Shown: piece after piece, positions 28,088 to 31,090 of the stretch
How the letters are laid out: each line of letters begins with the position of its first letter
How positions within the stretch are numbered: position 1 is the first letter of the stretch
Position numbers and translations under genes: made by a program
NCBI GenBank assembly: GCA_004764695.1
Contig: SMSO01000023.1
Coordinates: 1 to 31,090, forward strand
DNA: 31,090 nucleotides
Direction: 5' to 3'
Source: Schizochytrium sp. TIO01
Lineage: Eukaryota; Protista; Bigyra: Labyrinthulomycetes
Notes under the pieces: model-generated
Seen by the model: the letters and a program-made list of their open reading frames with translations, nothing else
Databases searched by the model: none
Told to the model about the DNA's origin: nothing

Positions 28088-29698
28088 TCAAGGGCGTGGA
28101 GGTGGTCGGCGGCGCAGTCCTCGAAGTAAGCTGTCCATGTCATTGTCCATTTCTAGGAGCTGATGATGAGGATCGAGCTCATCAAAATCAGCAGCGGTGA
28201 GGCTATCAAGATAACCGGGATGATGATCATGTGAAAATTGCTTAGAGTCATCTTGATCACGTTGCTCACTTGACGAATCTGTTCGTTGGCTACTTTCTGA
28301 AAGAAGTGCATCCGCTTGAGGCATGGATGAAGGATTCAAGAGGCTTGATTTTGATGCTGGACATACTGAATCAATTGTTGTAGAAACGGGCTCTACTTTC
28401 CGTTCATCACATGAAGAACCTGTGACAAAGCGCTTGGCTTTAGAAAAGCTTACTGCGCCGCGCACACCGTGGCCAAAAAGCTCGGGAACTTGGTATATTG
28501 GCCCTGGCGTTGTTGATGAAGTAAGTGGCTCTGGATGGGCACTTTCCTTTGCAAATGTGCATAATTTGGGTGACGGCCCTACATTCTTACCAAGATTGTG
28601 CGGAAGTTGCATATAAAGATATTCCTTTCTTTCCTTTCTTGCCTTCACGGCTCGCTCAGGGTCCAGCCAGGCATACGGGTCCAGCTTTGGAACTGGTTCT
28701 CGTAATTTATGAGGTGCTGTCTTTGGTCGGTCGCGAGTGCTTGTGTCAACTAAGCCACGGTCTGGCCCTTTTCCAATAGAAAACGAGGGACCTTGGGTCA
28801 ATGAATCGAGCATGGTGCTTCCCGAGGGTGAGTACTTGAATCCTGGCTCTGGGCTTTGCCGATATCCATTTTTTGCAGACCAATTTCCAGTATATAACTT
28901 ATCGTAATCATCAGCAGTAGTTGTACTTATGCTAAACGTTGTGGAAGAGGGTGCAATTACAGCCTCCCCACGAAGAGCACCCTCGTATTCACCAGGTCCA
29001 AGGGAGCCGGTACTACCTGCATAGCCGGCTCGAATATCCGATCGATGCCCTGAAAATGCAGAGGACCGGTTTTCCTGACTGAAATCAATTTTTGAAGGAA
29101 TACTCTGGGGAGTATAGCGTGCAGGCCCTGGAGTATCAAGTGGTAACGAATCCGGTGCGGGTTTTCCCATGTACATTTTCAATACATCATCTCGCCCTGC
29201 TTGACCAAAAACTGTTTTGGGAGACATTGGCGAGATATTCTCATAAGCTCGCTGTACTTCATCTCGGCCAAAGCAATCTTGTCCCTGCAAATCTTGGAAT
29301 CGTTTCAAGCCTGGCCTCTCGCGGCGGGGGGTTACTGCATCAGAAGATCGCATTGATACTGGTGAGCTCCCAATTTTTGTCTGTGCCCTGGCTTGGTTTC
29401 CGGTAATCTCTGTGCCTTTGTCTGCATCATCGCCTTTTTTTAAGCCGCTCCGTCTCTTCGAGGAGGGCGATTTCTTTAGCGTTGATTGTGATAATAGCGA
29501 CGAAGAAGGTGCCGACTTCAAATTGCGTCTTGCGGCATCCAATTCAGCCTGATTTCTCTCCGCACGGCCTGATCTGCTTCGCAAAGAAGATGGTGAGTTC
29601 ATCATCGAACTTGGAACTGTACTGGCTTTGACAGGCCGAGGACGAATTTTTGATGCAGAGCTTTTCGTCAGCCCTGCGGGCCTCGCCTCCGCGCCCAT
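28088..29698 (-). CDS. SHIPPO-repeat (sperm-tail PG-rich, ODF3-like) protein, probable host axonemal gene (~536 aa)
   Basis: Repeats TPGPARY, LGPGEY, SPEPGFKY..GPSFSIG and TPGPIY..AVSFSKAKRF; disordered S/R/P-rich N-terminus; visibly more GC-rich than the left block; first in-frame ATG at 29698. Confidence 0.8.
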   Translation of the reverse strand: MGAEARPAGLTKSSASKIRPRPVKASTVPSSMMNSPSSLRSRSGRAERNQAELDAARRNLKSAPSSSLLSQSTLKKSPSSKRRSGLKKGDDADKGTEITGNQARAQTKIGSSPVSMRSSDAVTPRRERPGLKRFQDLQGQDCFGRDEVQRAYENISPMSPKTVFGQAGRDDVLKMYMGKPAPDSLPLDTPGPARYTPQSIPSKIDFSQENRSSAFSGHRSDIRAGYAGSTGSLGPGEYEGALRGEAVIAPSSTTFSISTTTADDYDKLYTGNWSAKNGYRQSPEPGFKYSPSGSTMLDSLTQGPSFSIGKGPDRGLVDTSTRDRPKTAPHKLREPVPKLDPYAWLDPERAVKARKERKEYLYMQLPHNLGKNVGPSPKLCTFAKESAHPEPLTSSTTPGPIYQVPELFGHGVRGAVSFSKAKRFVTGSSCDERKVEPVSTTIDSVCPASKSSLLNPSSMPQADALLSESSQRTDSSSEQRDQDDSKQFSHDHHPGYLDSLTAADFDELDPHHQLLEMDNDMDSLLRGLRRRPPPRP

Positions 29699-31090
29699 CG
29701 TACTGACTTGTATGCCCCGTGCCCTCGCGCACGGTGCTTTTTGCAAGTACCGAAGCCAAACAAAGGAAGTAAATTTTTTAAGTTTTTTTGTTTTTTTCGC
29801 ACAGCCAATCAGCACTCAGGCACAGCGCACACCAGCTGAGTGAGAGAGTCTCCGCGGCAGTGCCTATAGCAACGTTCTTTGAGAACCCCTCTGCACCCTC
29901 CACGAGGAACCTTGGGTCAGAAGATATAGCGCTGTGGGATGACTATCAAACCCGAAGCAGGTGTATCACTGATTATGTATGATCCACGCCGCTCTATGTT
30001 CTAGCAATCGTGAGAACTCTATCTTCGTTTTAGTCACTTCTAAGTCAGAGATAACCACATAGGTCTACTAGCACATGGTTATAATATTGTCTAGTTGCAA
30101 ACACCTAGTGAGGGCCATCAAAAAGCCCCCAACCAAAGACTGAATCAAATGTCCTTCTTTTATTTCACTCCTTTCCTTAATCGTTCTTAAGATAACATCC
30201 GTAAACTTGCGAGGGGGCGAGCTTCGTGCTCGGATAGAAGTAGAGGTTCTTGTAGAGTAAGCTTAGACAGTACTAATACACGTAAAGTTGTATTCTTGAA
30301 AAAGAAATCAGTTACAAGCGAGGTTTTCTGTATCCTGGAGCCCATCAAAATTAAGCTAAGCATAGTTTAATCGGCAGTTTATGACCTAGATTAAGAAGGT
30401 GCAACCCATTCTACATCAATTAATACTTCTTCCTTTCACGAAGTTGATAGAATGGAGAATATGACTTTGACCTGATTGGTAGGCAGCATTGAATATCCAT
30501 TTCGAGATATGCAGGTGGCTATGTCGACTGCCTGCATTAATATGAGCACAAGGCTAAGCACTTGCTACGGTATCTTCACTAAATAGCAAATCAAACCCAG
30601 CAAGATCTTGACAGGAAGTTAACGCTGGGTTCAAAGTTCACATTGCGATTACCACTTCTTTCATTCTACAATCACTGATGTTTTTGCCTTCTATTTTAAC
30701 AGGCTCTTAGTGTTGCCCACGTTAACTCCAGCTGCAATATTTAACAAGTAACCACTCTATTGATATGAGCCAAATAAAATCATACTGTATTATGTCGATT
30801 CATAACTATAATCTCAGTAGTACTTGGTAAGGGAGCTAGCTCTCTCCTTGATCCGACAAAAGCTCACATAAAGAGATTCTCAAAGATATGTTTTCAGAGT
30901 AGATCTCTTTGAAGTTTCACCAACCATCACTATATAATAGGAATGCAAAAGTCACATACTTACGCACTAAAGCTTATCGACCTATGTCATACCGCGACTT
31001 GCTCTAGAAGCGTTGACGAGTAAAATATCGACCCTTTCATGTATTTGCGAAGAATAATCAAGATAGATAGTTCTCGAGACTTTTAAATTT

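Noticed and set aside
29699-29815. N-terminal extension of the SHIPPO ORF from a non-ATG start
   Set aside because: The region looks like a 5' UTR with A-runs; the first ATG at 29698 is the more plausible eukaryotic start.
1-31090. Bacterial or phage origin; tRNA, rRNA or telomeric repeats
   Set aside because: The RNR subunits are eukaryote-type, and TBP-like, EGF, CaaX and SHIPPO features are eukaryotic. No Shine-Dalgarno or operon pattern, structural RNA gene or telomere array was recognisable by eye.

Overview
Positions 1 to about 27,350 form an AT-rich, gene-dense block with no evident introns and a gene set typical of a large eukaryotic dsDNA virus. It carries ribonucleotide reductase R1 (3' end) and a broken R2, a poxvirus-A22/RuvC-type Holliday junction resolvase next to a divergent TATA-binding protein, a degenerate UDP-sugar dehydrogenase homolog and many ORFans. 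It also carries two large paralogous secreted proteins with different beta-propeller heads on a shared Cys-rich/EGF C-terminal module, and a PD-(D/E)xK nuclease-kinase fusion of Crinkler-like architecture. Many of these genes are broken by single-base indels or stops. After about 750 bp of non-coding DNA there is an intact eukaryotic SHIPPO-repeat (ODF3-like) gene and about 1.3 kb of gene-poor DNA. The best reading (inference) is one end of a partly decayed endogenous giant-virus element (Nucleocytoviricota or Mirusviricota; no capsid or polymerase gene is in view to decide) joined to a flagellated protist chromosome, possibly stramenopile/thraustochytrid. Some frameshifts could be long-read errors. 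All assignments come from motif recognition by eye; no searches were run.
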